Of a stretch of DNA of 64,000 nt, positions 30,914-41,572 are shown in pieces. A program made the position numbers and the translations under genes. A model generated the notes under the pieces. It had not been told where the DNA came from, made no database searches, and worked only from the letters and a program-made list of their open reading frames with translations. The DNA is taken from the NCBI GenBank assembly GCA_963840855.1, contig CAWJBB010000058.1:1-64000 (forward strand), read 5' to 3'. Every line of letters starts with the position of its first letter. The stretch's first letter is position 1. The DNA is from an uncultured delta proteobacterium. GTDB lineage: Bacteria; Desulfobacterota; Binatia; UBA9968.

Positions 30914-31963
30914 CTATCGCGCCGGCATCGGGCCGGCCGCATTTAACTTTTTAAAGATCTCGACGATTTCTGCATCGCGCGGCATTTCCTTCACCAATTT
31001 TTCCATCTCGTGGGGCATGAGCGGCGACGCTTCGTCGCCGGTAAACTTTTTGTAATCTTTGTGAAAAGCCGGATCGTTAAAGGCCTTGATCATCGCGTCT
31101 TGAAGAATCTTGACCGGTTCCTTCGGCGTGCCCGGCGGCAGGAAGAACGGGGAACCGAACTGGCGAAAGGCGCTTACCATGTCGAGGAGTTTGCGCTCCT
31201 TGTCAGACTTTGCGAAGGTCGTGATTTCCGGCAGCTTGGAAAACTTCTCATGCTTGAGCCCATGGGGCACTTCCATGATCGCATGGACGTCGATAGCGCC
31301 CTTGGCGAGCATATCCTCATTGCGCGTGAGCAGCGTGTCCGCATTGTTGATGCGGCCATCGATCTCGCCCTTGGTCAACGCGATATCCAGCTCGGAGCCG
31401 CCGTAGCCGACGATCATTTTTGGCTCCTTGATCCCGATTAAATACGCGAACAGCCGGCCGACAAAATAATTTGAATGACCGACGGCCTGAGCGCCAATGC
31501 GAAATCCCGTGGCGGATTGAAGCGATTCGATGGTCTTGAGACCGGCTTCTCGCCGCGTGATGAAAACCCAGTGATAGGTCTTGTGCGGTGAGCCCAGATA
31601 GATGATCTTGTTGATGTCGTACAAGACGCCCTTCTCGCCGAGCACCGCATTGGCCACCAGCGCGCCGCCGGCGCGGCCCATGGTGAGGCCGTCGGGCCGG
31701 GCGTTTTTGTAAACATGGTTCACCGCCTTGAGTCCGCCCGCGCCGGGCATGTATTCGGACACGACGGTGGGCTCGCCGGGAATATATTTTTTCAGGTAAG
31801 GAAGGACGGCCCGGGTCAACATATCCGAGCTACCCCCTGCTTCAGTCCCCTGAATCACCGTGATCGTTTTACCCTTAAAGAATGGCTCCTGCGCGGCAGT
31901 CGGCGCGGAGCAAAGGAGAATTGCAAGCAGTCCGATACGCGAGACGGAACGGTTAGTCGGCAT
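30914..31963 (-). CDS. TctC/Bug-like binding protein (5)
   Basis: Same motif set; GAGGAGG RBS; ends AAGPMPAR. Confidence 0.88.
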   Translation of the reverse strand: MPTNRSVSRIGLLAILLCSAPTAAQEPFFKGKTITVIQGTEAGGSSDMLTRAVLPYLKKYIPGEPTVVSEYMPGAGGLKAVNHVYKNARPDGLTMGRAGGALVANAVLGEKGVLYDINKIIYLGSPHKTYHWVFITRREAGLKTIESLQSATGFRIGAQAVGHSNYFVGRLFAYLIGIKEPKMIVGYGGSELDIALTKGEIDGRINNADTLLTRNEDMLAKGAIDVHAIMEVPHGLKHEKFSKLPEITTFAKSDKERKLLDMVSAFRQFGSPFFLPPGTPKEPVKILQDAMIKAFNDPAFHKDYKKFTGDEASPLMPHEMEKLVKEMPRDAEIVEIFKKLNAAGPMPAR

Positions 31964-32098
31964 GGCTACCTCCTCACAGGCTGGCGCGCCGAATCTATAT
32001 CGTTAAGGGCTTGCGCTGTCAATGGCCGATCGCTGGCGCGGCCTTGCGATGCACTGGGGATAAATTACAGTATTATAGATTCTTTGGGCATACTTATT

Positions 32099-32992
32099 AT
32101 GGAACTTAGGATCGCCACCAAACTAACACTGAACGATGGTCACCTAATTCCTCAGCTCGGGTTGGGAGTGTGGCAGATTCGCGCGGGGACGACCTGTGAA
32201 GCGGCCGTGCTTGCCGCGCTGGAAGCAGGATACCGGCATATCGATACTGCGGCCATGTATGGTAACGAGGAGAGCGTGGGTGCCGCCGTCAGGAAAAGCG
32301 GCATTCCCCGAGAGAACATTTTCGTCACCACGAAATTGTGGAACAGTGATCATGGAAACCCCGAGCGAGCGCTGGACACGAGTCTGCGCAAGCTCAAGCT
32401 CGACTATGTCGATCTGTACCTGATCCACTACCCTGTGCGGGAACGCCGGCAGAGCTGGCGCGCCCTGGAAGCGTTGCGGGCGCAGGGCAAGGCGCGCTCG
32501 ATCGGCGTTAGCAATTTTACGATCAGACATTTGACTGAGCTACTCGCCGAGACGGCAACGGTCCCCGCAGTCAATCAAGTGGAGTTTCACCCCTATTTAT
32601 ATCAGCGGGATTTATTGGATTTCTGCGCCGCCAAGGGCATAGTCACAGAAGCCTACAGTCCCTTGACTAAAGGGGCGCGACTGCATGATCCGAAACTTGT
32701 CGCGCTTGCCAAAAAATACTCAAAAGCCGGGCCGCAGCGGGGAAACACCGGGTCGCAATGGCCTCTCATGGACAAGTTTTCCCGCCCCCCTGGAGGCAAA
32801 TCAACGGCGCAAATTCTCATCCGCTGGGCATTGCAACATGGCTTGGTGGTTATTCCCAAATCGGCCAATCGTAGACGCATCTTCGAAGATGCCGATGTTT
32901 TTGACTTTGAAATTACCGCAGAGGACATGCAGCTCCTGGACCGCTTTAATGAAAACCTCCGTACGTGCTGGGATCCGACCAATGCACCGTGA
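32099..32992 (+). CDS. Aldo/keto reductase (DkgA/YvgN-like)
   Basis: GYRHIDTAAMYGNE, FVTTKLWN, DLYLIHYP, SIGVSNF, NQVEFHP, IPKS. Confidence 0.93.
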   Translation: MELRIATKLTLNDGHLIPQLGLGVWQIRAGTTCEAAVLAALEAGYRHIDTAAMYGNEESVGAAVRKSGIPRENIFVTTKLWNSDHGNPERALDTSLRKLKLDYVDLYLIHYPVRERRQSWRALEALRAQGKARSIGVSNFTIRHLTELLAETATVPAVNQVEFHPYLYQRDLLDFCAAKGIVTEAYSPLTKGARLHDPKLVALAKKYSKAGPQRGNTGSQWPLMDKFSRPPGGKSTAQILIRWALQHGLVVIPKSANRRRIFEDADVFDFEITAEDMQLLDRFNENLRTCWDPTNAP

Positions 32993-33100
32993 GCCGATTC
33001 GATTCAATACCTTTCCTTGACCGCAGAAGAGCTAGGCACTACATTGGCAAACCAACCCAGAAAGCTGGCAAAGTCGGTGAAATGAAGGATACCTACGCAC

Positions 33101-34063
33101 ATGGATAGCCGGAAGCGGGCTGTTGCAAGTTTGTTTTTTGCCGCAGTCCTGTTCTTTGCTGGAACGAAGTCGGGCAATGGGGAAGTGATCACCTTAGCAG
33201 TCCCGGTTAGAAGCTTGAGTATACTCACTTTCCTCCTGGGAGCGGACCAGGGATTATACCAGCGCGAGGGGTTGGAGCTGCGCGCGGTGGTCCTGAAGCC
33301 GGACTTGGCTGTGAAGAGCATCGTCGCCGGCGAGGCAGACTTTACCTCTGCCTTCGGCACTGTGGTGCGGGGGGCCATCGCCGGGTTGCCGGTCCATGGC
33401 CTTCTGATGCTCAACGACGAGCAACCCTACTTCCTTCTCGCGGCCAAGGGAATCACATCCATCGGACAACTCAAAGGGAAAGTCATAGGCATAGCCGGCA
33501 TAGGAGGAACGCTCGACTATCTCACGCGTGCCGCCCTTCGAAAGGGCGGGCTGGATCCCGATAAGGACGTGCAGCTCATCGATATTAACACCCCGGCCAT
33601 CGGGCTCACTGCCCTCCAGTCTGGAAACGTGGCCGCCACCATGCTTTCCCTTCCGTTCAACATGGCGGCCAAGGATCTGGGGTACACCGAACTGCTTTAT
33701 GCGGGTGAGCTTGTTAAAGCAGCGGGAACCGGAGTCGGGGCCACCCTGAGCAAGATCGACCAGCGGCGCGACCAGGTAAAGAGAATGCTGCGAGCGACTC
33801 TTAGATCCATGGATTTTATTAAGGCCGAGGCGGGGGTAACGCAGGCCTTTATCTCGAAGGAGTGGAAGCTTTCTGCCCCGAAGGCGGCGGAAGCTTATCA
33901 GGTCATCCGGCGGGGACTTACTGCCGATGGGCATGTCTCTGAGACAGTCCTGCGGTCTGAGATCGATCAGGTAAGGGTACGCCTCAAGATCAAAGAGGAG
34001 GTCCCCCTCGCCCGCCTCGTCAACAACTCGATCCTCGATGAGATTCTGGCCGAGCGGCGGTAG
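33101..34063 (+). CDS. ABC substrate-binding protein, NitT/TauT/SsuA family
   Basis: Signal peptide; GLY.REGL, LKGKVIGI, GLDPDKDV. Confidence 0.85.
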   Translation: MDSRKRAVASLFFAAVLFFAGTKSGNGEVITLAVPVRSLSILTFLLGADQGLYQREGLELRAVVLKPDLAVKSIVAGEADFTSAFGTVVRGAIAGLPVHGLLMLNDEQPYFLLAAKGITSIGQLKGKVIGIAGIGGTLDYLTRAALRKGGLDPDKDVQLIDINTPAIGLTALQSGNVAATMLSLPFNMAAKDLGYTELLYAGELVKAAGTGVGATLSKIDQRRDQVKRMLRATLRSMDFIKAEAGVTQAFISKEWKLSAPKAAEAYQVIRRGLTADGHVSETVLRSEIDQVRVRLKIKEEVPLARLVNNSILDEILAERR

Positions 34064-34097
34064 CGGTTAAAGACAAAATTCCAAGGAGGAAAAACAA

Positions 34098-34460
34098 ATG
34101 GCAACGGCTCAGGAACAGTCGGGCCTGGAGGCAAAATGGGACCGCGAGAGTTCAGCGCTTCTTATCGTTGATATGCAGAACGACTTCTGCCATCCCGAGG
34201 GCGCCCAAGGAAAGCGCGGGCGCGACCTGTCTATGGTCTATGGCATGATCCCCAGGTTTGCTGAGGTCCTGAAGGGAGCGCGGCAAATCGGCCTGCCCGT
34301 AATTTTTGTCCGGACTCTCCACTACCTGTGGACCGACTCTAAAACCTGGCGCAAACGCTTGGAGGGATATAAGCAGGGCATAGAGATCTGTCTTCCCGGG
34401 AGCTGGGGCGCGGAGATCATTGACGCTCTGGCCCCGCTGGAGAGCGAGCCGGGGTCATAG
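34098..34460 (+). pseudogene. Truncated isochorismatase-family cysteine hydrolase (N-terminal half)
   Basis: ALLIVDMQNDF, GSWGAEII; stops before the K..YSAF and catalytic Cys region, with no continuation found in other frames. Confidence 0.75.
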
Positions 34461-34591
34461 AGTGCACTTATCGCCCATGCACTGGAGTCAGAAGGGAAAT
34501 GGACAATCACCGCCAAAGTTAATAGAAATTAAATCCAGCCTCAGGACGACTAAGCCCGGCGTGATCAGTGATGTAAACAGGGAGGAGCGCC

Positions 34592-35248
34592 ATGGCAAAA
34601 AAGGGAGAGGGTTTGTTTTTAGTCTACACTGACCTCATCGAACCAAAGCACGAGGAAGAATTTAATGCCTGGTACAACACCGAGCATCTACCGGAACTGC
34701 TGGCCTTGCCGGGGTTTCTCGACGCGGCGCGCTATGTGGCCACCCGAGGCGGCCCGAAATATCTAGCTGTCTACGAACTCGCGAGTATTGAGGCCGTCCG
34801 AAGCCCGGAGTTCAGCACACGAAAGCGTACGCCCTGGGAAAACCGTATGTCCCCGCGGGTGACCGGCAAAAACCTGACGCGCATCGTCGGCCGGCAGATC
34901 TTTCCAGGCATGCTGGAAAATCCCGATCGCGGCATGGCGCCTGCCCTCCAGATCGGCCGCATGTCCGTGCCGGAAAGCGCGGAGGCTGAATGGAATGAGT
35001 GGTATAACACCGAGTATATTCCCGGATATCTTACGGTCCCGGGCGTCATCTATGCGCGGCGCTACCAGGCAGCGGAGGGTGAGCGCAGCTTCGCAACCGT
35101 GTATGAATTGGCGAATGATAAGGTGTCCGAAAGCACCGAGTGGTCACATCAAAGGGAACATTCCTCGCCACGCTCCGGACGCATGCGCGGACTTATGACC
35201 ATGGCCGCCGGCTCCCCGGGTGTGTATCACCGTATATTTCCGCAGTGA
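34592..35248 (+). CDS. Tandem DUF4286/EthD-like dimeric alpha-beta barrel protein
   Basis: Two repeats of E.E(F/W)N.WYNTE...L..PG...ARRY...YEL. Confidence 0.8.
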   Translation: MAKKGEGLFLVYTDLIEPKHEEEFNAWYNTEHLPELLALPGFLDAARYVATRGGPKYLAVYELASIEAVRSPEFSTRKRTPWENRMSPRVTGKNLTRIVGRQIFPGMLENPDRGMAPALQIGRMSVPESAEAEWNEWYNTEYIPGYLTVPGVIYARRYQAAEGERSFATVYELANDKVSESTEWSHQREHSSPRSGRMRGLMTMAAGSPGVYHRIFPQ

Positions 35249-35362
35249 AGCCGCTTGGAATCGCGGCACATATTCCACCCCGGTTCAAATCGTTCAATTG
35301 GCCCCGCGCCTCGGATCCGAGAGCGTCGCGATGATTTCGGCCGGGAAACGATCTATGCTCGG

Positions 35363-36283
35363 TTAGCGTTGATTGGATTTAGTCACGAATTCGCGTAGCT
35401 CACTGTTGAATCGCGCTGCAGCTTCCCAAAACGGCATGTGTCCGACGCCTTCGTAAATAGAAGACTGCGCATGTAAAACAACACTGGCGGTGTAGCCGGC
35501 CATGGCGATCAATGCCACTCGGTCTTCCTTTCCGTGGCTAACCAGCACCGGCACGGTAATCTTTTTGAGAGCGTCCTCATAGGGTGCCGGCCGCCCCATC
35601 AGATGGCTGCGTATCTGCGCCGGCACGATCATGTTATAGGCAAGCATCACTTGAAGCTCGTCCGGCGGCAGCGCCTTGGCCGCGGATAACTTCAGAAACG
35701 AAAGCGTGTTCTCAATATTTTCTGTCAGGTTTTCCGACGACATCTTGAATACGGCGGGTATTGCAGGGCCGAAGAGTTCCGGAACGACTTTGGTGAACGC
35801 TGCGACGAAGTTGATGCCCGCGATATTGCTATCGCCGTATTCCATCAGATATTCCGCGATAATCCGGCCTCCATAAGACCAGCCGACTAGCACCGGCTTC
35901 TTGAGCTTAGCCCCTTCCATCACGGTTTTGAGTTCGCCAGCCCAACGCTTGTGATCCCGGTAGTAGGCCGGGTCCAGAGGTTTATCAGAGCCGCCATGAC
36001 CGCGAATGTCGTAGGTAATAATACGAAATGAATTTGCCAACTCACTTGCGAATTGGCGTGACCAAGAGAGATGGCTTTGTGAAAAGCCGTGGATGAATAG
36101 AATCTCGGGTCCGTCCGGATTGCCCCATTCTTGAGCGGAGATCAGCACGCCGTCAGGTGTTTGAACTTTGAAAGGTTTGAATGGCCGTGCGGCTGCCTGC
36201 GGTTGGGCCATTGCCGGGTCCGATCCAAACGCCAACCAGCTAACCATTGCCAAAGCGCAACATATTGGGGTAAGGCTTTTCAT
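35363..36283 (-). CDS. Secreted alpha/beta hydrolase (non-heme haloperoxidase-like)
   Basis: IHGF, DIRGHGGS, GWSYG, HGKED, GVGH. Confidence 0.88.
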   Translation of the reverse strand: MKSLTPICCALAMVSWLAFGSDPAMAQPQAAARPFKPFKVQTPDGVLISAQEWGNPDGPEILFIHGFSQSHLSWSRQFASELANSFRIITYDIRGHGGSDKPLDPAYYRDHKRWAGELKTVMEGAKLKKPVLVGWSYGGRIIAEYLMEYGDSNIAGINFVAAFTKVVPELFGPAIPAVFKMSSENLTENIENTLSFLKLSAAKALPPDELQVMLAYNMIVPAQIRSHLMGRPAPYEDALKKITVPVLVSHGKEDRVALIAMAGYTASVVLHAQSSIYEGVGHMPFWEAAARFNSELREFVTKSNQR

Positions 36284-36320
36284 TCCTGCGTAACTGTCCG
36301 GTCGAGCAATGCACGGAATT

Positions 36321-38555
36321 TTATCCCTGTCTTTCCTTAATCGCCCGATAAATCTTCTCCGGCGCCAGCGGCAATTCGAACAAGCGCACGCCCACCGCGT
36401 CGGCGATGGCGTTGGCGATGGCCGCCGGCGGCGCGTTGTTGGCGAACTCGCCGATGGGTTTCGAGTCCAGCGGGCCGACTCCGCCGGTGGACTTTACCAG
36501 CACGGTGGTAAGCTTTGGAATGTCGGCGACGGTGGGGAGTTTATAGTCGCCTAAATTATTATTGGTGATGCGGCCATTGTCCATGACCAGCTCTTCCATC
36601 ACACCCTGTCCCATGCCCATGATAGCGGCGCCGTCGATCTGCCCCTGGTGCGCTATGGGATTGATGATGGTGCCCACGTCATGAGCGGTGACGATGCGCT
36701 TGACGCGCACCGCGCCGGTGGCCGGGTCGACTTCGACTTCGGCGACCTGCGCGCAGATATAAGAGATATTTTCCGGGTAAGGGTAATCTTCGTAAACCAT
36801 GACCTGGAGGGGCTCCGCGGCTTGTGCCACCACGCGCCGCAACGCCAATTGCTGCCCCGGATCCTGTCGCAGTGAGAATCGGCCGTCCGCGAATTCGATT
36901 TCTTCAGCCCGGCACTCCAACATCCGCGCCGCTTGCTCCAGCAATCGTTCGCGCAACTTTTCACAGGCCTCGACCATCGCGTTGCCGGCAACGTAGGTCA
37001 TGCGGCTGGCCCTCATACCGCCGTCCCGCGGCGCCGTGTCAGTGTCCCCCACCACAACTTTCACATGCTCGACCGGCACCTTCATCTGATCCGCGACCAG
37101 CTGGCGGAGAATCGTGTGCGTGCCGGAGCCCTGATCGATACTCGGGCTGACTATGGTAAAGCTGCCGTCCGATTCGGCGGTCAGAATAACGCCCGTGTCG
37201 CCGCCGCTGATATGGCGCCCGGAGAGCGCAATGCCACGGCCGCTGTTGCGCGGCTTGGCTTTGTTCCAGCCCGCCGCGGATAATGCGCTCTGCAATACTT
37301 CACGGAAGCGTACGTTTTTCAGCGGGTGCCCCACTCCGTCTTCTTCGCCTTCGGAAAGAAAATTCCGCATGCGAAACTCCGCCGGGTCCATCTTCAACTC
37401 TTGGGCGATAAGGTCGGTATGCGAATCGACGGCGAACGCCACCGCCACCGCGCCGGGACTGCGATAATAGCCGCCCGGCACCGTATTGGTGTAGATCTGC
37501 AAAAACTCGAAGGACGCATTTTCCATGCGATACTGGCCGCCCGCGTAGTGCCACGTAGCCAGCGATGTGTTGGATTTGAGCGCGCCATACCCGCCGCTGG
37601 CGTGCAGCGCGCGGGTGGAACGCGCCACGATGCGCCCGTCGCGCGTGACGCCGCTCCGAATAGTGATCACCGTGGGGTGCGCCGGGTTGCTCGCGCTCAA
37701 CTCTTCGGCGTAGGTGTTGACAATCTTGACCGGCTTTCCCGCTTTCTGCGCGAGAAAGTAGGCCACCGTAAGATCGACGCCGTCGCCCTTGCCGCCGAAT
37801 TCGCCGCCGACATTGACGACGTTCATGCGGATGCGCTCTTCGGGCAAACCCAACGCTTTAGAAAGCTGGCTGCGCACGCCGAAAGGATTTTTCACCGACG
37901 CCCACACCTGCACGCGGCCGTCGCCGTCGATGGCCACCGTGCCCGCGTGGGGCTCGAGATAACCCTGGTGTCGCGCCGGAATGCGGAAGGTATGTTCGAG
38001 CACCAGATCGGCTTGGCGAAATCCTCGTTCGACATCTCCCTTGCTATACGCAAGGCGCGTAAGACCATTATGGAGATCGTTGGCAAGAATTTTTGTCGGC
38101 GCGCCGTCGTAAGCCGCGACGTTTTCGTGGAGCAGCGGCGCGCTGGGCTGCATCGCCTCCTCCGGATCGAACACCGCCGGCAATTGCTCATAATCGACGT
38201 CGATTAGTTGGATGGCCTCCTCCGCGGCGTCTAAAGTATCCGCGGCCACGGCGGCGACTCGGTCGCCGATGAAACGCACCACGTCCCAACAAAGCACGGG
38301 CATGTCGCGAATTTGTTTGCCCACCAGACAGCCGCGCACATCTGCGCCGGTGATGACGGCGCGGACGCCGGGCACCCGGCGCGCGTTGGCCACATCGACG
38401 CGGCGAATGCGCGCATGGGGATGCGGGCTGCGCAGTATTTTCCCCCAAAGCAGGCCGGAGAGCTTGACGTCCGCGGCGTACACCGTGCGCCCGCTGACTT
38501 TGTCCGTTCCCTCCGCCCGTGGAACCGAAGTGCCAACTGTTTTAAATTCAGCCAT
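36321..38555 (-). CDS. Xanthine dehydrogenase-family molybdopterin-binding subunit
   Basis: LRSPHPHARI, GGEFGGK, YYRSPG, DQGSGT, GQIDG, KPIGE. Confidence 0.92.
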   Translation of the reverse strand: MAEFKTVGTSVPRAEGTDKVSGRTVYAADVKLSGLLWGKILRSPHPHARIRRVDVANARRVPGVRAVITGADVRGCLVGKQIRDMPVLCWDVVRFIGDRVAAVAADTLDAAEEAIQLIDVDYEQLPAVFDPEEAMQPSAPLLHENVAAYDGAPTKILANDLHNGLTRLAYSKGDVERGFRQADLVLEHTFRIPARHQGYLEPHAGTVAIDGDGRVQVWASVKNPFGVRSQLSKALGLPEERIRMNVVNVGGEFGGKGDGVDLTVAYFLAQKAGKPVKIVNTYAEELSASNPAHPTVITIRSGVTRDGRIVARSTRALHASGGYGALKSNTSLATWHYAGGQYRMENASFEFLQIYTNTVPGGYYRSPGAVAVAFAVDSHTDLIAQELKMDPAEFRMRNFLSEGEEDGVGHPLKNVRFREVLQSALSAAGWNKAKPRNSGRGIALSGRHISGGDTGVILTAESDGSFTIVSPSIDQGSGTHTILRQLVADQMKVPVEHVKVVVGDTDTAPRDGGMRASRMTYVAGNAMVEACEKLRERLLEQAARMLECRAEEIEFADGRFSLRQDPGQQLALRRVVAQAAEPLQVMVYEDYPYPENISYICAQVAEVEVDPATGAVRVKRIVTAHDVGTIINPIAHQGQIDGAAIMGMGQGVMEELVMDNGRITNNNLGDYKLPTVADIPKLTTVLVKSTGGVGPLDSKPIGEFANNAPPAAIANAIADAVGVRLFELPLAPEKIYRAIKERQG

Positions 38556-38664
38556 GGTGCACTTGTAAATAGTCGAGGAGCGCAGGGTACGTCAAGCGCG
38601 ACGAAAAAATACTTGATCGCCGATGGGCCATTGAGGTATGAAGACCTCGAGCGGTAAGGAAAAC

Positions 38665-39180
38665 ATGGGCGCGCTGCAAAAGGTTTCTCTCAGAATCAAT
38701 GGCGTTGAGCATAGCCGAGAAGTAGAGCCGCGGCTGCTGCTGGTTCACTTTCTTCGTGACGTTCTCGGCCTGACCGGCACGCATATCGGCTGCGATACCA
38801 GCAGTTGCGGCGCCTGCACGGTCATGCTTGACAACATGGCCGTCAAGTCATGCACGGTGCTCGCAGTGCAAGCTGACGGCGCCGAGCTTTTGACCATCGA
38901 AGGTTTGGCTCAAGGGGACAGGCTCCATCCGCTCCAGGAAGCGTTTTGGGAATGTCACGGGCTGCAATGCGGCTTTTGCACGCCGGGAATGATTCTTTCC
39001 GCATATCAACTTTTGATGCGTAACCCGAAGCCCAGCGAGCCGGAGATTCGCCACGCGATCGATGGCAACCTCTGCCGCTGCACCGGCTATGAGCATATCG
39101 TCGACTCCGTTCAGTACGCCGCCAAAAAGATGAAGAGAAAGGCTATAAGAAGGCGTGAGGCGCGAGGCAACAGGCAATAG
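38665..39180 (+). CDS. coxS: CoxS-like 2x[2Fe-2S] small subunit
   Basis: [27 protein letters not shown]. Confidence 0.9.
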   Translation: MGALQKVSLRINGVEHSREVEPRLLLVHFLRDVLGLTGTHIGCDTSSCGACTVMLDNMAVKSCTVLAVQADGAELLTIEGLAQGDRLHPLQEAFWECHGLQCGFCTPGMILSAYQLLMRNPKPSEPEIRHAIDGNLCRCTGYEHIVDSVQYAAKKMKRKAIRRREARGNRQ

Positions 39181-39230
39181 CAATGGATTTCGGCCTCAAT
39201 CCAAAATCCAAAACCGAAAATCAAAAATTC
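39140..39230 (+). repeat. Heptamer tandem repeats at the coxS-coxL junction
   Basis: AGGCGTG AGGCGCG AGGCAAC AGGCAAT and AATCCAA AATCCAA AACCGAA AATCAAA. Confidence 0.6.
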
Positions 39231-39241
39231 GAGACGAAGCC

Positions 39242-41572
39242 ATGCCAGTGAGCAAATCGGTGGGCGCCAGGGTTAAGCGCCGCGAAGATCCCAAACTGAT
39301 CTGCGGGCTCGGCCAGTATGTGGACGACATCAATCTCCCCAGGACGCTCCACGTGGCGATCCTAAGAAGCCCCTACGCCCACGCGCAGATCAAAAAACTT
39401 GACGCCGACGCGGCGCGCCGGCTTTCCGGCGTAGTCGCGGTTTGCACCGGCCCGGAGCTCGAAGACAAAATCGGCGCTCTGCCGACCACCGCGGACAACC
39501 CAACGCTCAAGATCCCCGCGCATCACGTCCTCGCCGCCGGCAAAGTCTGTTTCGCCGGCGAGGGAGTCGCCGCCGTAGTCGCGGAGGATCGGTATACCGC
39601 GCGGGATGCGCTCGATCTCATTCAAGTGGAATATGAGGCGCTCCCGGTAGTCTCGGACCCGGAAAAGGCTTTGACCCCGGGGTCGCCGGTTATCCATTCT
39701 GAATTTACCGACAACCTCGCCTTTAGCTGGAAGCATGAGCAGGGCGATGTAGCCAAGGCTTTCAAACAAGCGGATAAAATCGTAAAGCAGCGCCTCGTCC
39801 ATCAGCGCCTCGCGCCCATCGCCATCGAAACCCGGGCCGTTCTGGCCCGCTATTTACCGGAGGCAAAGGAACTCACGGTCTGGTCATCGACGCAGATCCC
39901 GCACATTCTTAAAACCCATCTCGCGCAGCTGCTCAAGCTCCCAGAAAACGAGGTGCGCGTCATCGCGCCGGACGTGGGCGGCGGATTCGGCTGCAAGCTC
40001 AACGTTTACGCCGAGGAGGCGCTGTTGGGATATTTAGCGCTCACCCTCGGCCGCCCGGTGAAATGGATCGAGGAGCGCCGGGAAAACATCCAGGCGACGA
40101 TTCATGGCCGAGGGCAGGTGGGCGAAGTCGAAGCGGCGGTAAAGAAAGATGGGACCATCTTGGGCCTCAGATACAAAGTCATCGCCGACATCGGCGCCTA
40201 TCACCAGCTTTTCACCCCCGCCATTCCGCCCTTTACGGGTCTCATGCTTTCCGGTTGTTACAAGATTCCCGCGATGAGCATCGAACTCTCGGCAGCCTTC
40301 ACTAACAAAATGTCCACCGACGCTTACCGCGGCGCGGGACGGCCCGAAGCGGCTTACGTGATCGAGCGAATCATCGACCGGGTGGCGCAGGAGCTGAAGC
40401 TCGATGCGGTCGCGGTGCGGAGAAGGAATTTTCCCAAGGCCTCCGAGTTTCCGTTCAAGACCGCCACCGGTCTCGCCTACGACAGCGGCAATTATCAGCT
40501 AGCGCTCGGCAAAGCGCTCAAGCTTGCCGGCTATGAAAAACTGCGCCGCGAGCAAAAACGGCTCAGAAGCCAGGGGAGATATTTGGGAATCGGGCTTTCG
40601 ACCTATGTCGAGATTTGCGCCATGGGACCGGGCTTCTGGGAATATGGCAAAGTGCACTTAGAGCCCAACGGAAAAGTCACGGTCTTCTCCGGGGCGTCGC
40701 CGCACGGCCAAGGGCAGCAGACATCTTTCGCGCAGATCGTGTCCGACGAATTGGGCGTCGCACTGGACGATATCACCGTGGTCCACGGCGACACCGCTCA
40801 GGTAGCCAGGGGCATGGGTACCTTCGGCAGCCGGGCGACGGCGGTGGGCGGCATTGCCGTCTATCATGCGGCGGAGCAGGTTAGAGAAAAAGCCCGGGAG
40901 ATCGCATCGCATCTTTTAGAAGTCGATGCGGATGATCTGGTATTTTCCGACGGCCGATTCAGCGTCAAAGGTGTGCCGAAAAAAGCGCTGACGATCCAAC
41001 AAATCGCCAGGCAGGCACAGGAAACTGGAGATTCGTCGGGCAAGACGGCGCCGGGCCTGGCCGCCGAACATCAGTTTGAACCGTCCAACTTCACGTTTCC
41101 CTTCGGCACGCATATCTGCGTCGTCGAAATCGATCCGCAAACCGGCAACATCACAATCAAGAAATACTTCGCCGTGGATGACTGCGGCAAGGTTATCAAT
41201 CCGCTACTCGTCGACGGGCAGCTTCATGGAGGCATCGTGCAAGGCTTGGGGCAGGCGCTGTACGAGGGAGTGGTTTACGATGAGAATGGCCAGCTGCGCA
41301 ACGGCAGCTTGTTGGATTATGGGGTGCCCAAGGCCACAAACCTGCCGCGCTTGCGTCTCTCGCGAACGGAAACACCGAGTCCGGTCAATCCTCTGGGCAT
41401 CAAAGGCATCGGCGAAGCTGGAACCGTCGGCTCCACGCCGGCAATAGTGAACGCGGTGATCGATGCGCTGGCGCCCTTCGGCGTCACGCATATCGATATG
41501 CCGCTTACGCCGCAAAAAATCTGGCGCCTGTGCCAGGGCGCAAAAGCCGCGGCGGCCGGAGGACGAAAATGA
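39242..41572 (+). CDS. coxL: Form II CoxL-like molybdenum hydroxylase large subunit
   Basis: AYRGAGRPEA active-site loop (form II, not AYXCSFR); S-L-M gene order. Confidence 0.88.
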   Translation: MPVSKSVGARVKRREDPKLICGLGQYVDDINLPRTLHVAILRSPYAHAQIKKLDADAARRLSGVVAVCTGPELEDKIGALPTTADNPTLKIPAHHVLAAGKVCFAGEGVAAVVAEDRYTARDALDLIQVEYEALPVVSDPEKALTPGSPVIHSEFTDNLAFSWKHEQGDVAKAFKQADKIVKQRLVHQRLAPIAIETRAVLARYLPEAKELTVWSSTQIPHILKTHLAQLLKLPENEVRVIAPDVGGGFGCKLNVYAEEALLGYLALTLGRPVKWIEERRENIQATIHGRGQVGEVEAAVKKDGTILGLRYKVIADIGAYHQLFTPAIPPFTGLMLSGCYKIPAMSIELSAAFTNKMSTDAYRGAGRPEAAYVIERIIDRVAQELKLDAVAVRRRNFPKASEFPFKTATGLAYDSGNYQLALGKALKLAGYEKLRREQKRLRSQGRYLGIGLSTYVEICAMGPGFWEYGKVHLEPNGKVTVFSGASPHGQGQQTSFAQIVSDELGVALDDITVVHGDTAQVARGMGTFGSRATAVGGIAVYHAAEQVREKAREIASHLLEVDADDLVFSDGRFSVKGVPKKALTIQQIARQAQETGDSSGKTAPGLAAEHQFEPSNFTFPFGTHICVVEIDPQTGNITIKKYFAVDDCGKVINPLLVDGQLHGGIVQGLGQALYEGVVYDENGQLRNGSLLDYGVPKATNLPRLRLSRTETPSPVNPLGIKGIGEAGTVGSTPAIVNAVIDALAPFGVTHIDMPLTPQKIWRLCQGAKAAAAGGRK

